Origin: Blasia pusilla
Lineage: Eukaryota
Assembly: GCA_050084515.1 (NCBI GenBank)
Contig: CM114271.1
Coordinates: 12,276,001-12,340,000, forward strand
Direction of reading: 5' to 3'
DNA length: 64,000 nucleotides
The notes beneath the pieces were generated by a model, which was given only the letters and a program-made list of their open reading frames with translations, made no database searches and was not told where the DNA came from. Below are positions 40,192 through 53,636 of this stretch, in pieces. The first letter of the stretch is position 1. The number at the start of each line of letters is the position of its first letter. Both the position numbers and the translations under genes were made by a program.

Positions 40192-40687
40192 TAGGGTTTT
40201 CCACGGGTCGACGGAAGTCGAGCTAGCAATGATAAAATTTTCTTTACAAATCATGAGGAGAATTCTTTTCCCATTTGTTAATGCAAGTATATTTGAGAAA
40301 ATATTTGAATGTCCGACTACAAGATGATCTTAAAAAATTGGCACATTTGTCAAAGTTTGTTGTCAAAAGACATGTATGTGAGAAAACAGAAAGTGACGAA
40401 ATCACTGAAATCTTTACAAAACTTAGAGATACAAAGTGGCCTAGTCCGTTCGTGCGCTCACAGAAGAGCTTCGATGGAACCTGAACATGGAGATAACTCC
40501 ACATATGAGAATGCGCTACCGCTGCGGCTCCCGACTATTTGACTACTCGGGAAAACTAGGGTTTTAACCTATTTTTCTTCGTTTCTATTAATAGAAAATT
40601 TTTGCCGGGGGCTGCGGATCCCTGGACCCCCGCGAGGCATCAGGGTGCCCCGCACCCTGATGCAATATAGGGTTAGATAAACCTAGT
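40192..40687 (+). mobile_element. Putative non-autonomous rolling-circle (Helitron/Replitron-like) element or terminus
   Basis: Perfect 12-bp hairpin GCATCAGGGTGC-ccc-GCACCCTGATGC (40637-40663), preceded by GGGGGCTGCGGATCCCTGGACCCCC and followed by CTAG|T at 40683-40687. The left boundary is uncertain. Confidence 0.5.
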
Positions 40688-41479
40688 CATGCTACTCCTA
40701 AAACCACCTACGTCATATTACTATGACTCCTTCGACGTCTAAGTCGGAACCATCAATCTAGGCTTCTCCTCATACAAGGGGGCCGATCAGATTAATGGTG
40801 CTTAGAAAAGTAGATGCTGAGAATCCAACAATGTATAAGGAATCCTTCCCAAGTGGGTTAATGTGGACTCTTTGGATTGGTGTCCACGATTATAGCTCTT
40901 GCATTAGAGGTGGGTGATCCATCTTATAGATACACTACAGTACTGATCTGGAATTCCTTTGTATGAATCTCAGTTCTATACCATAATATTGAAGTGCTAA
41001 TTCCATATTATCCATATACTGAATCGAAAGTAAGGCAAAACTATCATCATCCTCCCACATATAAATCAATCCTTGAAGTAGCTCATAGTTGGAACCGGTT
41101 GGAATCAAAACTTACATTCTAATCCATATCCTCTATCCCACTATGAGATAAGGAAAGGGAGGAGGGGACGGCTTCATAAATCATTGGGCCTCGAGAATCA
41201 TTGGGCTCGAGAATAGACTACTGCTATTGATCTCACCAACAACAAAGATGATTTACAATGGAAAGCTAGATTGGACCTTATTGGGAAGTAGAGTTCCAAA
41301 TGCTTTTCAATTGGCTCCTAAGATTCGATTCCAGATTTAGGAGCTATTTAGTAGCTGCAACAGGTCCTCCGATAGGAAATTATAGGGCTACAGCCAAGAG
41401 GACCTTCCAAATACAAAGAGGATAAGTGGTGGGTCAAAGCTCATTTAGAACTAGAGTTTCAAATGCTTTTCTATTTGTA

Positions 41480-44400
41480 TAGGTTACTAGATGGCCCTTA
41501 AACCGAACAACTGGTAACATGGCTACCAAAGACCAAAATAGGGAAATTTCAAAAACTATATTTCCAACGCAATAGAATGTGTCTCTGAACTCATGCAACA
41601 TCTCAGGACAAAGTTACATCCAAAAAACCCTCTAACCCTCTAGGTGTCGGCTAACTAAGATGAAACCATTATCTTACACATACACTTTGCTACATAATCC
41701 ACATCGTCGGTCGTATCTACAAACCACACAACATCAATCTTCCCAACACATGGGTTGATCCACTAATAAACAGAATATACTCACACATATACATCAAAAT
41801 TGCACAACCGCCCCCCTAGCTAGCAGTTGGGTCTCCCTAACTCCAAATAGCATACATCACATCTACTTGACATGATCTACTACTTTATACACATCTAGCA
41901 CCGTCGATTTTGTCATCCCTACATCTCCCAACACATGCTTGTCTGCGGATCCATCTTATCTATCTCCATCTAGAGATATCGATGTATCTAGATGTCATCC
42001 TACAACTCTACAGCATTGCAGCTACCCACCGTGTTGATTCCTCCAAAGAGATCTTATACTCTTGCACCCACACAATAGGTGTGATATCTGAAGATATCAA
42101 GTCTCCACACCAAGAGCACAATTGTGAATTGCCTTTGTATGCTCTAAGACATAGCACAACTCCATGCCTACATCACAAGCTTCTCTACATTCCTCTACAA
42201 CTAAACCCTTGTACCCAACAACGATAAAGAGGTCTTTGGACCATAAGAAGAGACATTCATCCTTGCATGTCTCTCCGTGGGACTATTTGCTACGGGGATG
42301 TCCTCGGCATATACGTCCTCTCCAAAAACTTTCCTGGTCAACTAAGATCACATGTAAATGCTGCCAACATGGTTACTGTATCGTCACGTGCTGGACCCGA
42401 GCCAATAAGAAACCGTCTCCTCCAAGAAATCAAGAATGAAACCAAAGGGGCATAACACCATACTCCCTACCAACACATCATATGACTCTATCGGTGTCGT
42501 AATTTCCCGAGTGTGTAGCATGGCACTTTTTGACTAAATTTTTGTGTCATACACCGACTCTTCTTGAACGTCAATCTCAAGTATTGCTAAAGTGCATGTT
42601 CAGTAAGACACACCCAAAATACTTATCTACATCCAAAAACACTCACATTAGTCTAGTCTGGGTCAATAAGCCTTCAAACTCCACGAGTTTTCAACTCAAG
42701 CCATTCATCAAGCTCAATCCTCCTAACACCTCACTTCCTAACACTATCAAGTCTTCCTAAACTTGAGGCAGACTTAATGGTTAGTCTCGACAGCTAAAAC
42801 AATGCTTGTATGCCTAGCAGTCCAAATTGTCTAATGGACCTCACATGAGTCCCTAACCAAGACCCAACAAATGAGTCACGGGTTGGAATCCAAGAAGGAC
42901 CTCTAGAATCCACTCACTTGGACTTGGCTTGGTATTTTCATCCTAATGCCAACCTCCCAATCCATTCTATGTCTTTTGTTTGCCCTGTGGCTCCCCAAAG
43001 TGGAGTTCATGTCCCAAGCACCCTTGGAGACCCTCCCTCTTATATTTACTTAAAGGATTCTCCACTAGAGTTCTCCTATTCCACCTTGGTGCATGTTTGG
43101 CTATGAAGGTCACGACACTTTGGCTAGAGTTTAACAACTAACTCCTGTCAAGTCATGTACTGCATTGGTGACATGCTCCCAATATAGGCATGTATTTGAA
43201 AAGGACAAGGCTGAATGTTCCCTTTTTGTAACCCCAATGCCAAGCATATTGCCTTCCCTTACATCAAGGGTTGCGCGCCTAAATAATGTAGAATGCATTG
43301 TGGGTGGTACACCGTACATGTGGGACTAACCAAGGGGAACACTCGTGCTTAATTATCCAAAAATACCACATGTGGTGTCACCATGGCTTGTTCTATGGCT
43401 AGGCGAGGTGACATATCCACCAACTTTTCCGCTTCAGCCTACCATGAATGAGTGGGGAATATCACAAGCACATGCTCCAAGGGCAGGTCCACTTGACGCC
43501 ACCACCTTCTCAACAACCACCTCCAAACAAGAGGCAATTACCTCTCCACGCTCACACATTGTGGCGTCGAGGCAGAACACCTCCATTGGTCCAACTTCCA
43601 TCGTCACTGACTCCATAGCTGAAACAACATAGCCTCCCTCACCCTAGTGGCCACCTCCAACAACATGATCGACATTGGCTCCACTCGAGCCGACGTAGGA
43701 GTTGTCTCTCCAACTCCTCATGACGTTGATGCACTTGCCTCACGTGTGAGCATAATTGGTTGTCTAGGCACCATCGAGGGTATGTGAAGTGTCTCTCACA
43801 ACATAAAAAAATGGAGAACCGTGTCTTATCACCCAGAAATTCTCTCCTTGGTAGCTTGGTCAGTCTCGTAGCAAGTCACCACCATAGCAGCGTCTACCTA
43901 AGTTGCCCACATAAACCTCAAACCTGTATAATCCTTTCCTGTATCTTGGACATGACATGGAGGTTGGAGCCACAATAACTACTCTCGGATCCTTGCTTGT
44001 CACTAGCTGCATCATTGTCATGACAACAATCATGTGCTCCTACTCATTGATGGAAGTGAAGAGCGCTAAATTTGGGGCACTTCCTCCATACGCTCTGACT
44101 AGTGGTGGAACCTTGCCGCCACAATCGTCAACTCCTCAATCTTCACCAACTCTATGACCCCTAGACCCTTGGCCTACCTCGACACATGGCTCTTGGCAAA
44201 GATCAAAACACCTATCCCTACTATGACCATATCAATGAAAATGCTCACATTGCAACTAGGTGGAGCCATCCTAGCAATCAAAGGCGCCCTTGGCCTTCTA
44301 CCATGTTGTGGGTAGTTCCTCTGCCTATGGAGCCCACCACACATCCAACAGGACATGGCGGATCCTTGTTGGGAAACATATGCTGATATAGGTCCTTGAC

Positions 44401-46790
44401 TCATGGGCTCACAATACCCGCCTTGCTCTCTAGGCACACTAGTCCACTCCTGAGGTACTAGTGCATGCTAGCGCATCTATGGGGATACTTGTAGACCCGC
44501 CCACTCCGATGAAAATCTTGTGGTGACCCTATGCTCCTTACTCATGTTGAGCTCAACGTGGTCAAACCACCTTCAATGTGGGCTTCATTGTCTCAAGCAA
44601 CATCGTATTTTGGACTCTCCACTGTATCTCCTGGCCCAAAACTCCATACCAATACTGCACTAACTGCGCCTTAGTCACTCCATATGTCACAATGATCAGT
44701 CAACGTATACGCGTGAATACCTCTTAGAGTCTCACCCGATCTTCATTGAACACACGCCTTGGTAGGTCCTCCCCAATTGTCAAAGAACTCCATTGTGGGA
44801 CTGAAATTGGGTGGTGCTCTAGCACAAGAGGTCTTTGCCACCTCATCGTCCTCATTGCCATAATCTCCATCTAGTCCCTAAGTTGATGGTATACGCCTCT
44901 CTCCTTTCACTATCCCATTATATGCCTCATGACCCTAGAGCTCAAGACATCCTCAAGGCGCTAATCTCTCTCGAGTGTAAAGACTGACACTCCATGTAAT
45001 CATCTATCGACGGACCCTCTAAGTGATGGAAAAAACCCTTCCACGCCATAAAAGGGTTGAACCGCACAAGGGATTATGTCTCTTGGAAGTTACATAATGT
45101 GTCAAACTCTTGGATGTAGTCATCTAAGTCTATGGTGCCTAACGCACCCAAGAAATGATGCATGCCTTGATGGCTCATGTTGTCCATCTCCCTCCATGTG
45201 ACATTGACACCGTCTGCGATCTTGTCATCAGACCCGATGTCCAATGATGAGGATATAGCCACCGATGGAAGTCAAGGTAGCTCCTCACTCAAAACCCCTT
45301 AGTATCTCACTCCACTCGGTATCACTCCACTACCACTATTTGAACTACCCCGTTCTTCCGAACCCCAGAAGAACATCGTGATGACAACCTTGTGTCACAT
45401 GCACAAGCCCTCAGACTCACCAAGAGTCTTCCACACTCCTCGCTAGCTCACCTACCCTAATGATACTCCCGTGATGACACGTTTGGCCTCACCTACACTC
45501 AAAAATTGACCTAACACTCTCTCGAGTCATACAGGCGACCTATACGCAGGAAATCGCCCTATATCCACAAATATGCTACACATGGAAGGAGTCTACTCTC
45601 ATCACCATTGTTACACCCATCTAGGCTAAGCTAAAACCCAATACCAAACACCCTCAATGATGCGGGACACATATGGGGAAAGGGACTTAAATGGATAACC
45701 TGAATGCGCACGCCATCACCCTAGTTCACGGTCAACAATGACAACTCTATGTGGTGCGGCAACCTCCATGGCACAACATCTCCTTGAACAACGCCTTGAA
45801 CCTTCCGTCAACGTATGCGGACTACCTATTAGCATCGACGCATTTGTCTCCATCACTAATACCCCATCGCAAATCCTCGGTGCAGATCATCCATCTCAAC
45901 ACCCGACTTTGCATGGTGCTAGTAGGTCAACTCTATGTCAACGATTCAAAGTGGCTTGTAAAACAACCCACTAATCACAATCCTACCCAAAAACACAAGT
46001 CGCAAAAATATCTCCTACTATCCAAAAAATTGCAACTCCCACCAACCATGTAGCTCTCCAATCACCAACTACTTCTGATCTAACCTACCAAGTCCAATGC
46101 CTAACTACACCATCCACTCAACCTCGTAGGGGCATACCATGGTTAGCCTGCTTACTATGTCCATCATTCCAACCTTGTAGCATGTCTCTACTCTGTCCCA
46201 CCTACGCCACACTACCCTAGCTACTGCTCAAGTTCAGGCCCCTGAATGTCCATCCTAACCCACTTGACATGCAACCCTATGCAACTTTGATACACCTCCT
46301 TCTTGAACTCAGGCACGTGTCCCTATGGACACAACTTCATCGGTGACTCCTTCTCTTCCTGGCTTCATGTAACTAAAACTTGGCCGCATGGTGCCTTACG
46401 CAAAAAACCCTCACTATGTTAACTCCTTTCCTTTCGCCCATATGTGCTCTCATCCAAGCCCCGTCTTTCTCTTGCTATGTGTGGTGCCCTATGCATTGCT
46501 AGCTCCCCTCACATTTAATGAGAGCACACAACTCCCTATGAGCTCACGTCCCTTTAGCTTCCTACCCATCACGCATCCAACTTTACTTTTTCACCCCCTC
46601 TAACTCCACTCTCAACTTCTCCTCCTCCATCTTGCCCACACTCTTTCCTATGCACTCCCCCAACCATGCTTTGACGCTCTTAGTCTTGTTCGGCTCTCAC
46701 CTCTTTCCTTGCTTATTCCCTCCAAACTTAGCCTCTACGGCCTACTCCACCATTCTTCTCTCAAACACGATCTTCTCCCAAAAGAGGTAA
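41480..46790 (-). mobile_element. Internally deleted gypsy (PHD/DNMT family): 5' leader, gag, protease, DNMT motif I, 3'UTR, PPT, LTR (41480-41806)
   Basis: gag N-terminus HHFLGALGTIDLDDYIQEFD (ORF 45074-45262) and knuckle CWMCGGLHRQRNYP. Protease homologous to 55607-56095. ARV*DLFGGINT at ~42030-42065. PPT AGGGGGGCGG at ~41808-41817. Confidence 0.8.
42545..43117 (-). mobile_element. Internally deleted chromovirus solo LTR inserted in the protease region
   Basis: TG...CA ends homologous to 47308-48331, with near-TSD TTTTG/CTTTG. The flanking protease sequence is colinear with the uninterrupted copy at ~55850-55910. Confidence 0.8.
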
Positions 46791-47302
46791 GAACCGGATT
46801 TGGAACGTGACTAGAATTTGGGGTTTTGACTATATTTGGAATCCGGATTTTTGGCGTTGGGATTCGACACCCAAACCAAGTCCAATAGAGTGGATTTCAG
46901 AGGTCCCTATTGGTTTCCAACCCGCAAAATATTAAGTTGGATCTCGGTTTGGGGCTTGTGTGAGGTCCATTAGACAGTTGGGACCGCTAAGCGCGCAAAC
47001 GCCATTTTAGGTGCCTGGACTATCCAAAAATTTTGTCCCAAGTCTCCCAAGACTAGCCCGTGTTGGGAAGCTAGGAATTAGGGAATGTTGAGTTTAAAGA
47101 AATGTCGAGTTGAGAACTTGGTGGGTTGGAAGGTCGATTGATAGAGATCAGAATAACATGAGTGTGCTTGGGTGTAGATCGACAATAAGAGCGTGTCTTA
47201 CTGAACATACGCGTCCAAAACACTAAAGATTGACATTCAATAGGAGTAGGCGCATGCCACATGGTATTAGAGCTAATCCTTGGTGAGCAAGAACTTGAGG
47301 TC
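46790..47302 (+). mobile_element. Old chromovirus 5' LTR end (to 47259), PBS (TGGTATTAGAGC 47262-47273) and leader; leader continues at 54671-54746
   Basis: Homologous to the LTR end, PBS and leader of the young element but on the opposite strand; interrupted at the GTAGG target. Confidence 0.8.
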
Positions 47303-47307
47303 GTAGG

Positions 47308-48331
47308 TGTCGTGCGCATACTCTCCTTGAACGTTAATCTTGTTTGTTGCAGAAGCGTGCGTTCAGTAGGTCACGCTCTCAACGCTGATCTGCATCCAAA
47401 CACGCACTTTGGTTAGTCGGGTCTTGGATCAATCAGCGGGATTACTTTCCGATTTCTCGTCTCGGACTCTCTCTTCAAGCTCAACCTTCCTAGTTTCGCG
47501 GTTTCCAACACGGGCAAGTCTCGAAAGACTTGGGACAGACTTTCTGGTCGGTTCAGGAACCTGAAACGACGTTTCGCGCCTAGCGGTTCCAACAGTCCGA
47601 TGAACATCCAATGAGTTCCTCACCAAGACTCGCACGAAGTGAATCTCGGGTTGGAATCCAAGTGTGGCGTACAAAGTCCACTCCCTTGGATCAGGTTTGG
47701 GTTTCGGGTTTCCGCGCCAAACTCCCGTTTCATCCCATGCCTCTGAAACGCCGTTTGGCGCCCAAAGTGGGTTTCGTTTCCGAGACATCTCAGAGAAGGT
47801 ACTCCCCTTACTAGTACTTCTGGGGATCTCCGGGGCCCCCTACATTTAGGAAAGACACCGGGCCCCTCATTGGCCCTCAACCCGATTGCTCTCTGAATCG
47901 TTTTCGGCCAATATCTCAGCCTGTACTTATGCGTTTGCTGAGATCTTTCGTGCGTTGGAAGCGTCTTGAGATCAGCTTTCCAACGCGCCCTTATTTGTCC
48001 CGAACGCATCTCGGAGCTCAACGTTATGGTCCTAAACACAGTCAGATTCTCCCAAACGCTAGTCATGTTCCAAACTGGTTCTCACCTCTTTGGCAACCAA
48101 CCTCCAAGACTCAACTCATCTCAAGTCTCGGCTCGCGTTTGGTCTAGGTTTCTGGTCGCGACCACTAATGCATGAAACGCACAACTCTGTTCGCGTTTCG
48201 TCTCTTAGACTTTTCCAAGAGACTCTACCAAACGCCTCTCCAAAGCGCAAACCTCGCGGCGTGAGTTCCTTTGAGTTCTGATGTTTCGCTTGGCTCGTAT
48301 TTGGTGTTATTTGGTTATGAGGGTCGCGACA
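47308..48331 (-). repeat. 3' LTR (1024 bp)
   Basis: Direct repeat of 53637-54665; PPT AGGAGGGGTGAG on the minus strand at 48332-48343. Confidence 0.95.
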
Positions 48332-49014
48332 CTCACCCCTCCTTAGAAGGTTGATGTCCTCATCAACGCAAACCTTATTGATGTTAAGTTCTGGGAAGCC
48401 GACCCCTTAACACGTAATCGCGTTCGGTAGCTAACCCGCAATTCCTCTTTTTGGCTTAAGTCTTAGGTTTGTCGCTAAAAAGACTTAGACTTATTAGCTT
48501 ACGCTACGATGAGTCGGACTAGTTACGCCAAACTAATCTAACTATCAAAATAAGCTCACTAAGTCGCAACCTAACACTTCACTCACTATTTGTAAACAAC
48601 ACTTTGTCTACCTAGCCAACTCACTACTTTTGGGTCACTGTATTCCACCTAGGCGCGTCACTAAGTTCAGTCATGAAACATGAATGAGATCACCACAAAC
48701 CCAAAGACTCATCCGCCTCGCCGACGTTAGGGCGAGCCCAAATGCTAGTACTTCAACACTTGGTCCTGATCTAGATGCCTTATCTGAATACAAGCTCTCA
48801 CCTCAAATACTCATTGTTTGGTCTCCTTGACTTACATCCTAAGCATATGAAGAACTACTCATTGCCTTGCACAAACCAAACTCAAAATTACAATACAAGC
48901 ATCGAATCTCCAAATCCATGTCTTCTTTATTGCAACAACTAAACCTTTCTAGTTACAACGGGTTATCGGCCCAAGCTTTCCGGTCACAAGTTATGTCCAT
49001 TGCTTCACCATGTA

Positions 49015-52000
49015 CTAACGCACGTGCTTTTCTTGCATCCATCTGAAGTCACGCAATGCTTTTTGCGCATGTTCTAGATCCGCCTCTGCAATCCAAGTCG
49101 CCTCTTTCACATGATAGCCTTTCCACTTGACCAAGTACTCGTTTTGGTGGCCCCTACGTCTGGAACGCGAGAATAGTCTCAACCTCGAACTCTGGTTCCT
49201 CATTTTCGATGACCGGTTGTGGTCTCAACATCCTCCTTCGCCCGGACGCACATTGTCTTGAAGATACTTCTTCAATAATGACACATGGAAAGTCGGGTGA
49301 ATCTTGAACTCGTTTTGGCGGCTCCAACGTGTACACATCCTCAAACGGCCTTGCCTTGATCACATACGGTCCAAAGATACTTGGTGACAATTTCATGAAA
49401 ATTCTTTCGGAAGACCGAGATTCTTAACACTCAACCACACTTGTTCCCCAACTTGAAACTCACATGGCGCCGACTTTTGTTAGCATGCTTTACGTACCTT
49501 AGTTGAGCCTTGGCGAGACTTTCTCTCGCTTCGCTCTTGTCGTTCTGCATTTCCACTAACAAACATTCCGCCGTTGCTTGACGAGTGTGTGTCGATGTAT
49601 TGCCCTTCGGAAGAGCTAAGTCAAGAGGCCCTTACGGTTCTCTTTGATACGCCGGAAGAAACGGAGATTCTCCGATTGCGAGAATGCTTAGTCGAGTTGT
49701 AACAATACTCAGCCATACTTAACCACTTGGCCCAATCTCTTTGGTCCGCACTCACGTAATTCCGTAAGTATTGGTTTACGACCGAGTTTACTTTTCCGTT
49801 TGCCCATCCGTTTGAGGATGGAAGGCCGTACTAAAGCTGAGTTTGGTCGGAACCTCTGAATAGATGTTTCCAAAGGCACTTTGGTAAACTTCGGATCCCG
49901 ATTGGACACAATGCTCCTAGGCAATCCGTGCGCACGCCACCAACCATCCAGGAATAGTCGGAAGTCGCGAGGTCGTCGCGAGACTCTCTCGTCGGCACAA
50001 ACCTCCCCAACTTGCTAAACCGATCAACTATCACAAGTATAGCGTTGTATCCCTCGGATTCTGGAAGACTCGTAATGAAATCCATGCTAATGCTTTGCAA
50101 GGGTCCCTCCGGATTGGCAAAGGATGAAGTAAACCTTGTTTCTTCGCATAAGACATGCGGTTCGGCGCGGAGTCACGCATGTTTTCACATATTGAGCAAC
50201 ATCTTCCTTCATGTTGGGCGGAAGAACCTCTTAGACAAAACAGCAAGAGTGGATTTCTCCCTTTGTGTCCCGCCAAAGGTCCATCATGACATTCCACAAA
50301 CACCTTGGTCCGTAGCTTGCCTTGGCCTACATAGATCTGCTCTGCTTAAACTTCAGCAAGCCGTGTCTCAAACTCAGATTGGCCACCTTTCGCCCCGCTT
50401 TAACTTCCCAAGGTACTCCTCGCTTGCTCATCCTTCATGTATCCTTCACGAATCCTTCTTTCCAGTCTGTTTCATTAGGGAACATTGCTCTCAACACTTG
50501 TGTAAATCGATGGCATATGTTCATCCTGCGACTTAACGATCCGGAATGACATTGTCTTTCCCGGCTTGTGGATTAGCTCCACATTCATCAACGCCAAGGT
50601 ATCATGCCACCGGTTGTTTTGGCCACGCGATCCTGGGTCTCAAAATACTTGAGCGATATGTTATCGGTGAATACTCGAGTCTGTGAAGTCCGAAATAGTG
50701 ACGCCACTTCCTCAAGCAATGAACCACCGCAAACAACTCTTTCTCATGAGTAGGCCATCTCTTTCGGTGTCGGTCGCTTCTTGCTTTCGTGATGCTCTGG
50801 TCTCCTTTTTGCACCAACATTCCCTGCAATCGCGAAATCACTAGCATCCGTGTGCACCTAACAGCTTGTTCAAACTCCGGCGATTTGAAGCGGTTTCTGA
50901 GAGGATCTCTTTGACTCGATTGAACGCTGTATCCACTTCCTCGGTCCATGTAGTATTGGCAAACTTTGCGGTCCAATCCGTGAGAGGTTTCACTATGCCC
51001 GAAAAATTCTTCACGTATGTCCGTAAAACTCGACTCCGATGAACCTTCTCATCCCTTCACCGTGGAAGGCGGTTCCCATTCGCAATCGCGCTCACCTTTT
51101 CCATGTCCTGGACTCACTCCATCCAGACTGACCACATGTCCCAAGAACTTGATCTTCGTCAAACCGAACTCACTCTTATCCGCATTCGCATACGACTTGT
51201 TAGCCTAAGTTTCTCAAACACCGTCTTCAAATGTCGGCGTGCTCCTCTAGTGTTTTCGAATAGATGAGTATGTCATCTATATAGATGATCACAAACTCAT
51301 CCGTCTCCTTGTGAAAGATGGAGTTCATCAAAGTGGTAAACGTCGGAGGCGCATTACAAAGACCGAAGGCATTACTACAAACTCGAACGAACCGTATCTC
51401 GCCCTCAGCGAGTCTTCTCTACATCCGCCGGCAATCCGAATCTGATAATATCCTGATTTCAGGTCAATCCGGCTGAAATACTTGGCACCGACAATCGATC
51501 AAAGAGGTCATCCATCCTCGGTAGAGAGATAGTTATTCCTTACCGTCACTTTATTCAGCGCCCGATAATCAACACGAGTCTCAACTTCCCATCCTTCTTC
51601 TTGACAAAGAGGACGGGCGCCCCATAAGGTGACTTGCTCGTTCGGATGTAACCCCTCTCTAGGAGTTCACCCAACTGTTTCTTCAACTCAGCAAGTTCCT
51701 CTTGATTCAACCTATATGGTGCCTTTGAAGGTGGTTGAGATCCTGGTATCACCTCAATCTTATGATCAACCGCCCTATGTGGTGGCAACTCGTCGGAAGC
51801 TCCTTAGTCAACACATCTTCAAATTCTTTCACAACTCTCTTGAGTGTTTTGGGATCTCCTTGAAGCTGAGTTCTGATCTTTGCATCTTGCGCTTGCATCA
51901 TCCTCTACTCGTCTCATCAAGCAAAGGAATCCTTCCTCTAACTCGCCAAACTCGTCCTCGTGATGGCGTTCACCAACTCCGTCTTTCTAGGCACCTCACG

Positions 52001-53484
52001 AACCAATCGGCGTCCGTCCGTTTGCCGTTAACCAAGACGCTTAACCTCAAAGGTCTCCGCCTCAGTTCCACCTCATACGCATCCAAGAACGTGTTCCCCA
52101 AGACTCGTCGATACCGTCCATCTCGCAAATCAGAAAATTCTCCTTCAACTCAAATACTCCGCATCTCACAACTAGCCCTAAAACCAGATCGATGTCCGGT
52201 GGGATTTTCCTCCCGCGAATCCTACCTAATGGGTTCATCCGCTTTGGTGGTTGGCAATCCCAACGTTTTTACGATTCTCGGACTCAAGAATGAGTGCGAA
52301 GCACTGTATCAACGAGCAACATCACATCGCGATTAGCGATCTTGGATCCTAGGTAAACCAAATTGGGCGCCCTCTTGGTGACTGTAGAGATGTATCTAGA
52401 TCTCCCTCCGATAAATGCTTAGCGGCAAACGCAATCATACTTGGTTTACTAACCTTGGGCCTCACACATTCCTTAGCCATATGCCCGGGTTCGCCACAAT
52501 TATAACAAATCACTTTGGCATTCGTTGACTTAGAACGGCGGCCCCTTCGGCCAGCGTTGAGTTCCACTCGTTTAGCTTTGGGCTGGGAGAGACCCTCCAT
52601 GGTCACGCTCACCCCATTCCAAACCCTCTTGGATGTCCCTTTATTCTTTCGTAATTTAGAAAAACTTTTTGTCTCAAAGGGTTTGGGTGTTGGACTTCAT
52701 TGTCCCCAATCCGCTCGGCTAGTCTCAAGAGGTCCGCGACACGTCTGGGATGTGAGGCATACGAAAGAGAGCCTTTCGGCACTCGGTTTGAGCCCACTTA
52801 GGAAGATCACCTTTTAGTATGTTCATCCGTGGAAAGTACACTCATGAGCGCACTAAACTCTCGCACATAAGCGCCAAGTGATCCACTCTGGCGCAACCTC
52901 ACCACCTCCATGCCATCGCGGTACTCTGATATTCCGGAGTGAATCGGTTCCCAATCAACTCCTTGAAATCTTCCCAACTCAACGTTTTCCCCGACCTAGA
53001 TGTTCTTTCCGGTGAGCCGTCCACCAATGGAGAGCGTGATCCTTGAAACGTGACCGCTCTGATCACCTTGTCTTGTTTATATCGCTTTTGCGCTTCGAAA
53101 TAGAGTTCGAGTTCCGTTAGAAACTCGCTCACTTTCCGAGAACGCCCCATTCTGTGAATGGCGTTGGCAAATTAGTCTTACAAAGCTTCTTGCGTAACTA
53201 GAGGCTCCATTTGACTTGAATTCCGAGATCACCTTGCTCTGTTCAGCCATCTGGTCCGCCATCACCTTCATCAATCCCATCATTTGGGTATAAAAGGCCG
53301 GATCGTGTAAGTTTGGACCCGAAGGTCCCGCGGAAAGATTTTCGGTTGGAACATCCTCATGTCTGTGACTCGGCACTTCGGGAGTCGCAAATTCCACCTC
53401 CGGCTCTCGGTCCGTCATTGATTCGTCTCTTGGCTTCTTTGCTTTGACTCGCGGTTTCCTCGGTTCTTCGCCCTTGGTCGCCAT
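49015..53484 (-). pseudogene. gag-pol polyprotein (frameshifted): gag, CCHC knuckle, protease, RT, RNase H, integrase, chromodomain
   Basis: [47 protein letters not shown] at ~51265-51290; [53 protein letters not shown]. Confidence 0.93.
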
Positions 53485-53622
53485 TTGCGAGTCGTCGCCT
53501 TTTCTCAGATCTCCTCCTCGCCTCTTGCGTTCCTCCTCGGCGTCGCGGTCTTCCGGCTACCTTGAGTTCTCCCCAAACGCCCAGATCTTCAACGACCCCA
53601 AGTTCACGCTCATCAAGGAATT

Positions 53623-53634
53623 GCTCTGATACCA
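53623..53634 (-). promoter_or_regulatory. Primer-binding site complementary to tRNA-iMet
   Basis: TGGTATCAGAGC on the minus strand, 2 nt from the 5' LTR. Confidence 0.95.
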
Positions 53635-53636
53635 CG

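Noticed and set aside
50012-52336. Long plus-strand ORFs (174 aa, 235 aa)
   Set aside because: They are antisense shadows of the chromovirus pol.
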